A stretch of 33,693 nucleotides of DNA from Octopus bimaculoides (taxonomy: Eukaryota): the NCBI RefSeq assembly GCF_001194135.2, contig NC_068983.1:106424768-106458460 (forward strand), read 5' to 3'. The notes beneath the pieces are model-generated. The model was given only the letters and a program-made list of their open reading frames with translations. It searched no databases and had not been told where the DNA came from. This document shows positions 11,350 to 22,360 of this stretch, in pieces; positions within the stretch are counted from its first letter, which is position 1, and every line of letters begins with the position of its first letter. A program made the position numbers and the translations under genes.

Positions 11350-11990
11350 ACACATATATATTAGCTTATATGGTACAGGGTGTCACAAACTGTAAATAAC
11401 ATGAATATGAAAACAAAAGAGTCGAATACATAAACAACAAGAGAAACAAATGGAAAACAGGACAAGTAACATAAAGAACGACCCTTCATCAGTTGTTGGT
11501 TGTCCATCTACTCCTCATTTCGAGCACTGAAGGACTATATGAGTCTTCAAAGGGCAATTGCTCTTGCAAACCAGAATAGAATTTGGGATTCGCAGAGGGT
11601 CAAAGTTGGTAACAAAAACAGAACAGTGGAGATAAACAAGGAAACCGAATGAAAACAAACATGGAGGGTCATTAGACCAGATGGCAGTAAAATAGCGAAC
11701 GCTGGAGAAATATTCTGTTGGACAAGAGGAAAGATAGAAGAGAGAGACAGATGGGATACGTGCAATCTCTACAACAGCGGTGAAAGAAAAGAAAGATCAT
11801 CACATGTGGAAAAGAAAGATGGATGATGGTCACGTGTGAGCAACGAGAGAGAGATAGAGATAGAGAGAGAGAGACAGAGAGAGAGAGTAAAGGAGAAAGA
11901 GCGAGAGAGAGAGTAAAGGAGAAAGAGCAAGAGGGAGAGACAGATAGAAAGAAAATGGTGAAGGAGAGAAAAAAGGAATTAGAGAATGTC
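11350..11990 (-). mobile_element. Second copy of the 7385-family repeat; the start of a further unit lies at 11252-11285
   Basis: Track ORFs 11547-11765 and 11672-11995 align with ORF 7433-7879 (SNSFFLSFT, CSHVTIIHL, SGLMTLHVCF, ISTVLFL). Confidence 0.75.
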
Positions 11991-12021
11991 TCCACTGTCT
12001 TGTTTTTGTTACCAACTAATT

Positions 12022-13290
12022 CCTATATGAAAAAAGACATTGGTACCGGAAGTAATTTTACACTGGTATATAGAGTTTTTAGCCTTAGAATTACTAGACA
12101 TAAACTTAATTCTGTTGGAATTGACTTCAGAGACAGTAACCTTGTAGTTAATATTAGGAGGGGAATGGTTAGTATTAGCTAAATTAGTGTTAGTATTTTC
12201 AGTAATTTGATTCTTATTTAACAGACTAATATTATTTGAAGAGAGAATTTGTGAAAGATTTTTTGTGTTAGAAAAACTAATCCTAACCATATGTGAGTTG
12301 ATAATTGAGTAATACCCAGAATTCATTTGAAAGTTCTTTATAATAGCTTCATGAAACTGGAAAGGAAGATTAAATTTAATTTGCCTCCCATAAGGAATAA
12401 TCAACCAAATAGTGTTGTTAGTAGTTGCCTTATTGTTAGTGTAACTATCTTTAAAAGACGAAGTCAATTCCAACAGAATTAAGTTTATGTCTAGTAATTC
12501 TAAGACTAAAACTCTGTATACCAGTGTAAAATTATTTCAGGTATCAATGTCTTTTTTATATAGGTAGTCCTTCTTCTCAGTTATCTAAAAGAATTTCTAA
12601 TCATTACTCTACATTTAGGGATAGTAATAAACGCAACAGTACAGGACTTAGTAAATTAATTTGGTATCTAAAAGATCATAATAAACAATTTAATTTAGAT
12701 TGGTTGATTCTCTCCATTTCATTCCCATACAATAAAGACAAAGAATTCTGCCAACTCTGTAATAATGAGTTCTTTTATATTCTATTTTCTCAGAACCCCC
12801 TTGTAAACACGTTTATAGAGCATGCTTATTGATGTAAACATTGGCAGAAACATACCTTTAGTTCATATAAGTAATATCTACCATTCTATATAATTTGAAC
12901 ATTGATTTTCTTCTTACATTTCACTTCCACTAGATATATCTATTTACAAGCCTTTAAGCTTTTATTTTAATTCACATATCACTCTATATTTCTCCTTTAT
13001 TAATTTTCTGCTTATTCTTTTCTTTTACCCCTTCTCTTTCTATAGGCCACCTTTGATGTTATATCTACTAACGGTTTAAAAAAAAACTTTATAGCGTTCC
13101 GTTCATCATTATACACATTCATCACATTCTGTTAAAATGTCTTATTGATGTGTTTGGTTTCTTTCTTTCCCTGATGAGAAGATTACATTGTTTTACACCA
13201 TTTTATTCCTTTTGGAATAATACCAATGTTGTCTTTGAAACATATGTTGGAAGTAAAAGAATTTGAATAACATTTATTTAACTCCATTTA
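12022..13290 (+). mobile_element. Penelope-like element with 5' inversion: linker on minus (12022-12459), GIY-YIG + 3' UTR on plus (12460-13290)
   Basis: Minus ORF 12009-12473 TIWLIIPYG..HMVRISFSNTKNLSQILSSNN..KNSIYQCKITSGTNVFFHIG. Plus strand from about 12555 YIGSPSSQLSKRISNHYSTFRDSNKRNSTGLSKLIWYLKDHNKQFNLDWLIL..EFCQLCNNEFFYIL..CKH. Confidence 0.85.
13158..13262 (+). ncRNA. Minimal type-I hammerhead ribozyme in the PLE 3' region
   Basis: CTGATGA 13171-13177; helix II gaagattacattg (13178-90)/caatgttgtcttt (13224-36); GAAA 13237-40; helix III AC-atat-GT 13240-47; cleavage triplet GTT ending 13248; helix I tttcc (13166-70)/ggaag (13249-53), extended by ttcttt/aaagaa. Confidence 0.75.
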
Positions 13291-13342
13291 TTTATTTATA
13301 CATACATATACACACACATACATATGTATATATATATATGTA

Positions 13343-13550
13343 TGTATAGCATATATGTATATATCATCATCATCATATAACATTTGTTTTCCATGTTGGC
13401 ATAAGTTGGAGGGTTTGAGAGGAGCTGGTAAGGCTGGGGGCTGCACCAGGCCCCATTATCTGTTCTGGCATGGTTTCTATGGCTAGATGCTCTTCCTAAT
13501 ACCAACAGTTTACAAAGTTTACTGGGTGATTTTTACATGACACCAGCACC
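13343..13550 (-). mobile_element. Diverged RTE-type LINE 3' UTR
   Basis: catcatcatc..ttttccatgttggcataagttgg..ctgcaccagg..gatgctcttcctaatacc matches 25060-25335. Confidence 0.7.
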
Positions 13551-13792
13551 ATATGGATGTGCGTGTGTGTGTACACACACACACACACATTATGCATGTA
13601 TGTATTTATGTATATGACACATTCAGTAGAGGAAGGGATATTCAACAACATTTTACAAATTTGCCACAAGAGCTGTTTAAAGTTTTCTAAAGAATATTGA
13701 TGTTTTAGCTTTGAATTTTTGAGGGGAGTGAATTATTAACAAAGTTGAATATGTTTTTAAGCGAACTGTTACAGACTAATAAGTGTTGATAT

Positions 13793-14690
13793 ATTGGCTT
13801 AAATTTTGGTACAGGGTTAGCAATTTTGGTGGGAGGGAATAAATCGATTACATTGACCCCAGGGCATAACTGGTACTTATTTTGTCAACCCTGAAAAGAT
13901 GAAAGTCAAAGCTGACTTCAGTGGATTTTGAATTCAGAACATAGAGACAGAAGAAATGCTGCTAAGCATTTTGCCTTGCATACTCTTCATTCAGCTAGTT
14001 CGCCATCTTATTAAGTATTAATATATTGGTTTCAAATTTTAGCACAAGGCTAGCAGTTTTAGGGGAGGGGATAAGTCGATTACATCAACCTCAGCATTCA
14101 ACTGGTACTTTGGTACTTATTTCATTGGCTCCAAAAGAATAAAAGGCAAAACCAACTGCAGCAGATTTGAACTCAGAATGTAAAGACAGACAAAATGTCG
14201 CTAAGCATTTTGCCTAGCAAGCTAGCTCACCACTTTATTAAGTGTTGATATATTCTTTTCTACTCTAGGCACAAGGCCCAAAATTTTTGGGGAGGGGGCA
14301 GTCAATTAGATTGACTCCAGTACGCAACTGGTACTTAATTTATCGACCCCCAAAAGGATGAAAAGCAAAGTCGACCTTGGTGGAATTTGAACTCAGAACG
14401 TAAAGACAGATGAAATACCGCTAAGCATTTTGCCCAGCATGCTAATGTTTCTTATTTCTTTATTGCCCACAAGGGACTAAACATAGAGGGGACAAACAAG
14501 GACAGACAAAGGGATTAAGTTGATTACATCGATCCCAGTGCGTAACTGGTACTTAATTTTATCGACCCTGAAAGGATGAAGGACAAAGTCGACCTCGGCG
14601 GAATTTGAACTCAGAACGTAACAGCAGACGAAATACTGCTAAGCATTTCGCCCGGTGTGCTAACGTTTCTGCCTGCTCGCCGACTTTAAG
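13793..14690 (-). mobile_element. Tandem array of about four tRNA-derived SINE family C copies
   Basis: Repeated units with gtgagctggcagaa head, gagttcaaattc B-box-like motif, aagtaccagttg core and ccttgtgc..aatat tail; units start near 14010, 14235, 14450 (head-truncated/composite) and 14685. Confidence 0.85.
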
Positions 14691-14711
14691 TGTTGATATA
14701 TTGAAACAAGA

Positions 14712-14935
14712 GAAGGTGGTGAGCTGGCAGAATCTTTAGCACACCAGGGAAAATGCTTAGCAGCATTTTGTCAGTCTTTATGTTCTGAGTTCAAATTCTG
14801 CCAGGGTGGATTTTGCATTTTACTTTTTCAGGATTGATAAACTAAGTACCACTCGAGCACTGGGGTCAATGTAATTGGCTTACCTGCTGCGCCAGACTCA
14901 CTAGCCTTGTCTCAAAATTTGAAACTGATATATTG
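14712..14935 (+). mobile_element. SINE family C, head-to-head with the array
   Basis: ggtggtgagctggcagaatc..ttctgagttcaaattctgcc..ccttgtctcaaaatttgaaac; flanked by tgatatattg(a/g)aacaaga at 14694-14711 and 14926-14943. Confidence 0.85.
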
Positions 14936-15457
14936 GAACAAGAAAAAAACTGAAATTTTTTTTATATCTTTCTAATTTATTGCTAATTTACAAATTTGAT
15001 TAATGTACTTGAATGTATTATTCAAATGAAATATATTTGTCCATTAAACGTAGATATCTTGACAGAAAACTGCATATTTATTAGCTTTCAATTTATAAGT
15101 AGTAATGTTAATTAGTGTAATCCAGCTTGTTTTCATCATTGACAAATGTTACCAAACTTAATTATCAGGTGACTAATTGTTTCTGCAATGCTTGGAATCT
15201 GCTGTGCCTATCCTTCGCTTGTTTATTACTGATCCCACAACTTAAGTTTCAATGTGACGGAATGTAAATTAAGCTCAATTTTTTTTTTTGTGGATAAAGA
15301 TGAACAAAGCAATTTTTGAAATTTTGTAGAATATTTCCTTCCTTCACTGAACGCATCATATCTAAAATAAGGGGTTTCAAACACATGGCCCACAAATTAC
15401 TTTTCTATGGCTCATGCCTAAACCGTTTTTGTGACCAATATTTCCCTAAATCTTGAA

Positions 15458-15670
15458 GGGGGTGAGCTGGCAGAATTGTTAGCATGCTGAGTAAAATGCC
15501 TAGCAGTATTTTATCTGTCTTCACATTCTGAGTTCTAATTCTGCAGAGGTTAACTTTGCGTTTTGGAGGTCAATTAAATAAGTACCAGTTGAGTGCTGGA
15601 GGTGATATAATCGACTTAGACCAGCCTCCGAACTTGCTGACCTTGTCCCAAAATTTGAAATCAATCATCA
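15458..15670 (+). mobile_element. SINE family C
   Basis: ggggtgagctggcagaattgttagcatg..ccttgtcccaaaatttgaaatcaat. Confidence 0.8.
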
Positions 15671-15816
15671 TCATCATTTGAGAGCTGCAAGAGATGAACA
15701 AAATTTACACTGTATTTACATTTGTATCTGTGTCTCTGATTTGAAAAGATAATTACCAGGGTTATAATTGACTAAATACCTTGAAGGCGCTGCTCAAGCA
15801 TGGCTACAGTCTAATG

Positions 15817-17572
15817 CATAGCTTCCCAAAGTGGGCAATATCGCCCACCAGTGGGTGATTTCAACTTACAGGTGGGCGATTGGGCAAATTTCTGGAAAAC
15901 GGTGGGTGATTTGAGATTTTGGTGGGCGATGAGAACATTTTGTGGGTGACAAAGAATTTTTAGAAATCAAATCTGCATTTACCTATATCTAGGCATGCCT
16001 AGAATAAGGATGCACTTTTATCAATTTGACTACTTGCATGAGATGTCTCTCTGTATTAAGAAAAACCGAACTTGCTTATCAATCGAATATTTTTGTTGCA
16101 CAGTCATTGAGATGGTTGTCATATGTGCTAAAAATAGCAGCAATATAGGCCTAGACCTTAAATCACGCTTCACCACAATTTTTCTCGTTTTTTTTTTGTT
16201 TTTGCATAATCCTATGAATAAAAATAAATAAATAAAAATTTTTAAATGCTGTTTTTTTTTTGCAGAATCAGTATCAGTTAGTTATCAAGACTGTGAAGAA
16301 ATGGAAATCCAGTCCCTTGTCTGATCGAATTTTCTGTCAACTCTGTCTGAGAAATGATGAGGACTATACTACACTCTTATACCATACCGAACTGCAGTGG
16401 TTGTCAAAAGGAAACTGTGTTTTACGCTTTGTTGAACTGTTTCATATAATCATATCTTTCTTTGAAGATACTCCAATATCTGCTTCATTGATGGTTGCAA
16501 GGTGCAATATCTTTTTTCGTTGTGATATTGTCACAAAACTAAATGATTTGAATAAGTTATAGCAAAGAAACAGGAAAACTCTTGTTGATTGTAAATCATT
16601 TATCACCAACTTCATTTCGAAATTGGTGTTGTATAAGACTAACATTTCAAAACGTTAATTCCATCAATTTCCACAACTTGATTCTTTGAAAGATGAATTA
16701 GTTGATGAGGATTTAACTACATATCACAAATATTTACAATCATTGCACGATGGTATGGTGGAGCGATTTCAAGATGTTTTTGCGCTGAATATTCCAAATT
16801 GGTATAGCAATCCGTTAGAAGTTGATGCAGTTGATTGTGAGGATGATGTTCATGAGGAATTGATAGAATTACAAAATGACAATGATACCACAATGCGATA
16901 TTGCTGTAATGGCAAAGAAGGTTTTTAGTACTATCAAAGTATATTGAATTCCTACCCCAATCTGTGAAAATGTCTGAAATTACTTTTGCTTGCCTTCCCT
17001 ACCTGTTACCTGGTTGAATCTGGTTTTAGCTATGTTGGAACTTTACTTTCCATTAAAAGAATTGAACTGGATGTAACACAATGAGGAGACTTGCAGCTAA
17101 AGTTGATAAGTTTGAAATCGAATGTATCTGCACTAGCTGCATTGCACCAGACACATGGTTCTCATTAAAAAGTTGTATTCTTTTCCTTTATAATACAATC
17201 ATTAATTATTTTTCTGATCAATGGTTCACTTGGGGAAAATAAAAATCAGTGTAAAAGAAAGCACAAGTTTACTGAAGTTAATCTGTCTACATAATATAGA
17301 GTTAATGTTAGAATTTCATTCACACTAATGGCAAAACTAAACCTACAATAAGGGATTTGTAAATAACCACATATTTAGTCCAAATGGCTCTCACTGAGCA
17401 ACGAGTCTATGATATAGTATGTGTGTCAAATGATACAACGGGGTTCTCCTAGGGGATTTTGTGTTAAGGAGGGTTGTGTCAGGGTTTTTTTTAAAGAGAT
17501 GAGCACCAGAGCATTTTTTGGCTGATAGGTGGGTGATATTGCAATTTGGCATGAAAAGTTTGGGAAACATTG
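15817..17572 (+). mobile_element. hAT (Buster-type) DNA transposon, internally deleted, with intact ends and 8-bp TSD
   Basis: TSD gtctaatg at 15809-15816 and 17573-17580 (central TA, a Buster hallmark); imperfect TIR catagcttcccaaa / tttgggaaacattg; transposase remnants LLYHTELQWLSKG, FALNIPNWYSNPLE, C-terminal ..QTHGSH* near 17168. Confidence 0.9.
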
Positions 17573-17849
17573 GTCTAATGACAAACCAGTAAAATAGAAG
17601 AATGTGTTTTGTTACATTCACATTTTTCATGCATGCAATAGTATTTATCCATGAATGCAATTTTTAAAATTGTTAAATTGTATTAGTTTTCGTTTATACA
17701 CCAAAAGTTTTACAATAGTAAATATCTGGTTAAAACACAGAGAAAATATGTAAAAAATCAAACCAATAAAGATATTTAAATCAGCTCCTACCTTACTAAG
17801 TCTTAACATAATATTTTATTTTATGATGGACAGACAGTGCAACACATAT

Positions 17850-19700
17850 CAAGCTATTAAAGTTGCTATTTTCTGCTAGTTGAGGCTTCATGGGTTTCCA
17901 CCTTGGCTGTAATTTGTTGAAAATTTTACTATGTTGTCAAAGCCATATGAATTAGCTTTGTCAGATGATGGTTTGTAAGGTTTGTATGATGCTTTGATCA
18001 CACTATTTCATTACAGAGTACAGTGATACACAGTAGTGTGTTGTGCTGAAAACTGAGATGTGTTGCTCACTAGTTTTCTTCAGTTTGGGATATCTCTGGA
18101 ATTTATTTCTGGAACTCTTTTATAGACTGGGATTTGTGTATCAACTTTAGACTAGGTTATTTTGCAATTAGTTCCATTTCCACAGCAGATGATTTCATTA
18201 GTAGAGGTTTGAGAATTAAATCCTGTCATTGTTGACATCAACCATGAAAGGTTTTGCAAGAGAGATGAAGCAGAACTTCTGCAAATCATCAAACCTGGTT
18301 TGGAAATTATCAAGCAGTCTTTGTAGTTTACAATTGTATTCTTCTAGTTTCTGATCTTTTATTTCAGCATCAACGAGTGTATTTACTTTCTTCCTGAGAT
18401 TGAGAAAGTGACAGAAATTTCTTGACAATATGTTTCTTTGAAAAGCTTTTATTTTACTCTGAAAGATGACAACTGTCTGAGTAAGATTAGAAATAATCTT
18501 ACACTTTTTCCTGAATGCCAAGTCATTATATCAGTTAAGAACATTAGATCTTGCAACTATTCATCAGTTTTCAGTTGAGGATAGAATCTTTTCTTTCTTC
18601 AAGAAAAGTAATAATAGGCTCCAACAGATCCACAAAGTACATTGCTGGTTAATAATCACCTTATGATGCATTAAAATGTATATCAATGGGTTTTCTACAA
18701 CAACTGAAGTTATATTCTTCTTAACAAATTTGCCATCAGAATATGGCATTTAATACAAGCAATATTCTATGATATTACAAAATTAGCTTCAGTTGTTGTA
18801 CTGGCTCCCTTGCTGTGTCTTGGTTATTTAGTGATGATTTTTAACATGGTCAACTTGTTTTCCATTAATTCCAATTTAGGTGGATGTATAGGTGTAGCCA
18901 GGTTCTAAAGCTAGAGGAAGCAAGCACTTAAAAAAACAAAAAGATGCCATGACACATACTAAACAATTTTTAACTAATTTCTCTTATATTACATGAAGAA
19001 TTTCAAAAGTTAAAACAAATGTAATTGTATTCTACATTTATCAATTTCATGTTTCAGTAATAATATCATTATGTATGAAACCTATAACTACTGATATAGG
19101 TGTGACGTGAAAAAGATGAAACTCCACTGGATCATCCAATGCTGAAAAGTTATGACATCAGGGTTTGTTTTAGTTTTTCAGATGTCAGTGGCTACCAAAT
19201 ACATCATAGGAGACTGAGCAGACAGTTCAAAAACATGAGAGGTTGGTCAAATAAAGTAATGATTCCAGAAAGGTCTTCCAAGGCTATGCGATTAACGACA
19301 TAAAAGAGTTTCAACTTTTATCACACAAGTGAATTAAAAGGTTAAAAAAAAATGTTGAAAAGGCACCAATTTTGAAAAATGTGTTCACTGTAGCTGGCGG
19401 TGGGAGCATGGTTGCTCTCCTTGCTCCTCTTGCTCCTGTCATTGGGTGGATAACCATGTGAAAAGTTTTTATGAATTGTTTCATAGTGGGATTCCAAGTT
19501 GCTGATTTTGTAAGGACTAAGTGAAAAATGGCAAATAAGGTACAAAGGTTTACCTTCTTTAACCACAAATGCAAGTCTTCTTTCCACTCTGGCTTACAAT
19601 TTCTGTTTTCCTCTTCATATTTTTGTTGCTTACAATTTAATGATGTCATCTTACTTTGCAAACTTTTCACAGACACTTGTTGTAAACAAAGCTCGTATCC
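17850..19700 (-). mobile_element. Second decayed hAT transposase (SPIN/GTF2IRD2-like Buster group)
   Basis: Minus strand KYEEENRNCKPEW/AFVVKEGKPLYLICHFSLSPYKISNLESHYETIHKNF; FQSKIKAFQRNI..LLDNFQTRFDDL; C-terminal SKHHTNLTNHHLTKLIHMALTT. TIRs not located. Confidence 0.8.
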
Positions 19701-20341
19701 AAAGTCTACCAACTAGGTTGAACACTGTATCAATCTACATAAAAAGAAGGCAGTTGGAGTTAAGCTCAAAGCCATCTGTGACCAGTTTTAACTGTGCCAC
19801 ACCACATATACCTCCCATTATTTCTGCTCTCAAATTAAAAGAACAAATCTAACATTATCGTTTAGAATTTTTTCTGTTGCTCATTGTTGTATAAGGAGAG
19901 GGGGGTTCATCCTGAAGTAAAATAATATAAATTACACTGTGTAATAAAATCTTTATTTTTCTTGTCTTTGGCCAGTAAGTGTTGTGTCCTATTTGCTTAT
20001 ATCTATGACTAATATTCTTTCAAACTTTGCTTTTGTGATCTGGACATCAATGTTTTGAAACTGACCTATTTTTCCATAACATTTCAAACAGATTCAGTGC
20101 TACTCAAGGACAGTTGCTACCTAAGGACAAAAATTGTGTATGTAGCACAGTGTTGTCGAGTTAATAACTGATACCAATTTGTTCTAAGCAGATAATGGTG
20201 ACAATGGTCATTATGAAGGAAGAAGCGTGACAAGTTGTGAAAAAAAAAAAGAAAAAAAAGAAAAAAGAAAAAAAAAATGTAAGCGACATCAAATAAATTT
20301 TCCTATTTGTTGTCATTTTCAAATGTGTGTGATACACTCAC

Positions 20342-20415
20342 ATGTTTTGGAAGTGTGTTGAAAATAACGTTCCACATGCAAACAAACATATCCTTATGCA
20401 TGTGTATGTATCCAC
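20342..20415 (-). CDS. Candidate host-gene exon (GYIHMHKDMFVCMWNVIFNTLPKH, or VDTYTCIRICLFACGTLFSTHFQN)
   Basis: Acceptor ttgtaaccag|, strong donor cat|gtgagt; 74 nt, open in two frames. Confidence 0.25.
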
Positions 20416-20424
20416 CTGGTTACA

Positions 20425-20797
20425 ACTTGAATGGTGAAGGCGCAATGGCCCAGTGGTTAGGGCAGCGGACTCGCGGTCATAGGATCGGGCGTTGTGAGTG
20501 TTTATTGAGCGAAAACACCTAAAGCTCCACGAGGCTCCGGCAGGGAATGGTGGCGAACCCTGCTGTACTCTTTCACCACAACTTTCTCTCACTCTTACTT
20601 CCTGTTTCTGTTGTACCTGTATTTCAAAGGGTCAGCCTTGTCACACTGTGTCACGCTGAATATCCCCGAGAACTACGTTAAGGGTACACGTGTCTGTGGA
20701 GTGCTCAGCCACTTGCACGTTAATTTCACGAGCAGGCTGTTCTGTTGATCGGATCAACTGGAACCCTCGAATTCGTAAGCAACGGAGTGCAACAACT
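20425..20797 (+). mobile_element. SINE family B variant with a different tRNA-like head
   Basis: gaaggcgcaatggcccagtggttagggcagcggactcgcgg head; 3' body nearly identical to the other B copies. Confidence 0.85.
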
Positions 20798-21084
20798 TGA
20801 ATGGGAAGCATGGTGAGAAAGTTAGGAAGCATGAAACTAAAATAGAAGATGCTGAAATATAAAAAAAAAAGATTCACAACTTTATATTTGAGTTTATTTG
20901 AAATAACTGGAAAACATCAGTCCCCATTCCTGTCAAAATAAGAAAAGCTGTTCCTATAGCACCACACTGCTGGTATCAATTCATATCCAATAAATAATTA
21001 TAAAATTTGATGTTTTCCCTTTAACTTTTATATTAACTGTGACGAATAAAAAGTAAGAGGTCAGCCAGCATATTTCCCCAGGCT

Positions 21085-21392
21085 GTATAAACCAATGATT
21101 CCAGTTGATCTGACCAATGGAACATCCTGCTCAGGATATTAATGCACAAGTGGCTGAGCTCTCCACAGACACATGTACCCTTAATGTAGTTCTCAGGGAG
21201 ATTCAGCATGAAACAGAACGTGACAAGGTAGGATCTTTTTGAATTACAGGTACTACTCATTTTTGCCTGCTGAGTGGACTGGAGCAATGGGAAATAAAGT
21301 GTCTTGCTCAAGAACATAATGTGATACAGGTATCAAACTTATGACCTTAACAGTCATGAACTGAATACTCTTAACCACTAAGCCATGCACCT
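21085..21392 (-). mobile_element. SINE family B
   Basis: Reverse complement of the B consensus (aagtgtcttgctcaag, cccttaatgtagttctcaggg, accactaagccatgcacc). Confidence 0.8.
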
Positions 21393-21434
21393 ACCCACCC
21401 CCCTGGGGTGATAAAAATTCATATCCATATAAAA

Positions 21435-21517
21435 ACATATATGCATATATATACACACACACACATGTATTTATGTATGTATGTATGTATGTATGTATCT
21501 ATCTATTTATCTCTATG

Positions 21518-21560
<43 letters not shown>

Positions 21561-21775
21561 ATATATATATATAGTTTAGAGAAAAGAACGAAGGTTCATG
21601 AACTCATCGATGAAACTTAATTTAATTTTAATTTTTAATAAATTGAATTTAACTGAGTTTTTACCTGTAAATTTGGATTTTTATCCCTAATATTATATAT
21701 ATATATATATATATGTGTGTATGTGTGTGTGTGTGTGTGTGTATGTATGGATGTATATATATATATATGTATATC
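21435..21775. repeat. Compound (TATG)/(TCTA)/(TA)/(TG) microsatellites with a short AT-rich spacer
   Basis: Direct reading. Confidence 0.9.
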
Positions 21776-22228
21776 AGTCTATTTATCCATTTATTTATTA
21801 TTTATCTCTCTGTCTATATTTACCTATCTGTAGCTTATATAAATAGTTATTTATGTATACACCACATGTGTAGGAGTTTGTATAAGTATCAGTATATGCA
21901 TCTATGTGTATGGATCTGTGCTTATTTGCATGCTGTTTTATTTGCGAAAGGCAAGTAATAGATATTCATATAAGCATATGCATGCATGTTCCATAATGGT
22001 TACTATTCATACCAAGAAAAAAGCCTGTAAATAATGCTAAAAAAATGAGAACAATGAAAATAATAGGGAAAAATATGTGAAAGCTTGAAAAAATATGGAA
22101 TCATGCTATTAAGTTAAATATAGTAAATGTGAAGGAATTATATTTCAGTAGAAGATTGTAAATGGAGAGTGATAGTTGGTAGCCATGTCCCATTTATGAT
22201 TTTAGAGAGATGATGATGATGATCTCAC

Positions 22229-22360
22229 TGTCGTAATGTTGCCTATCAGACCACATTTTATGCAGCCAACATATCCAAGGGAGGTCAATGCAGCTGCTTT
22301 CATATGAGAAAGTTTGTCTGCATCTCTGTTGATGACCACAAGCAGACTGCTTGGATTTTC
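22229..22360 (-). CDS. Candidate host-gene exon (ENPSSLLVVINRDADKLSHMKAAALTSLGYVGCIKCGLIGNITT)
   Basis: Acceptor tattttgtaaaag|, donor aca|gtgaga; 132 nt, stop-free in phase 0-0 (and in phase 1-1); unique sequence between microsatellites. Product not recognised. Confidence 0.55.

Noticed and set aside
13793-14935. CRISPR-like repeat-spacer array
   Set aside because: The 16-bp repeats separate homologous SINE copies in eukaryotic DNA; the spacers are not unique and there are no cas genes.
15120-15280. Exon-like stretches (LFSSLTNVTKLNYQ; LIVSAMLGICCAYPSLVYY)
   Set aside because: Splice signals are weak or conflicting on both strands; no consistent frame.
18216-19712. GTF2IRD2/EPM2AIP1-like domesticated gene
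   Set aside because: Many stops, frameshifts and deletions; a dead hAT.
20425-20480. tRNA gene
   Set aside because: tRNA-like SINE head without a complete cloverleaf; it continues into SINE body. The same applies to the other SINE heads.
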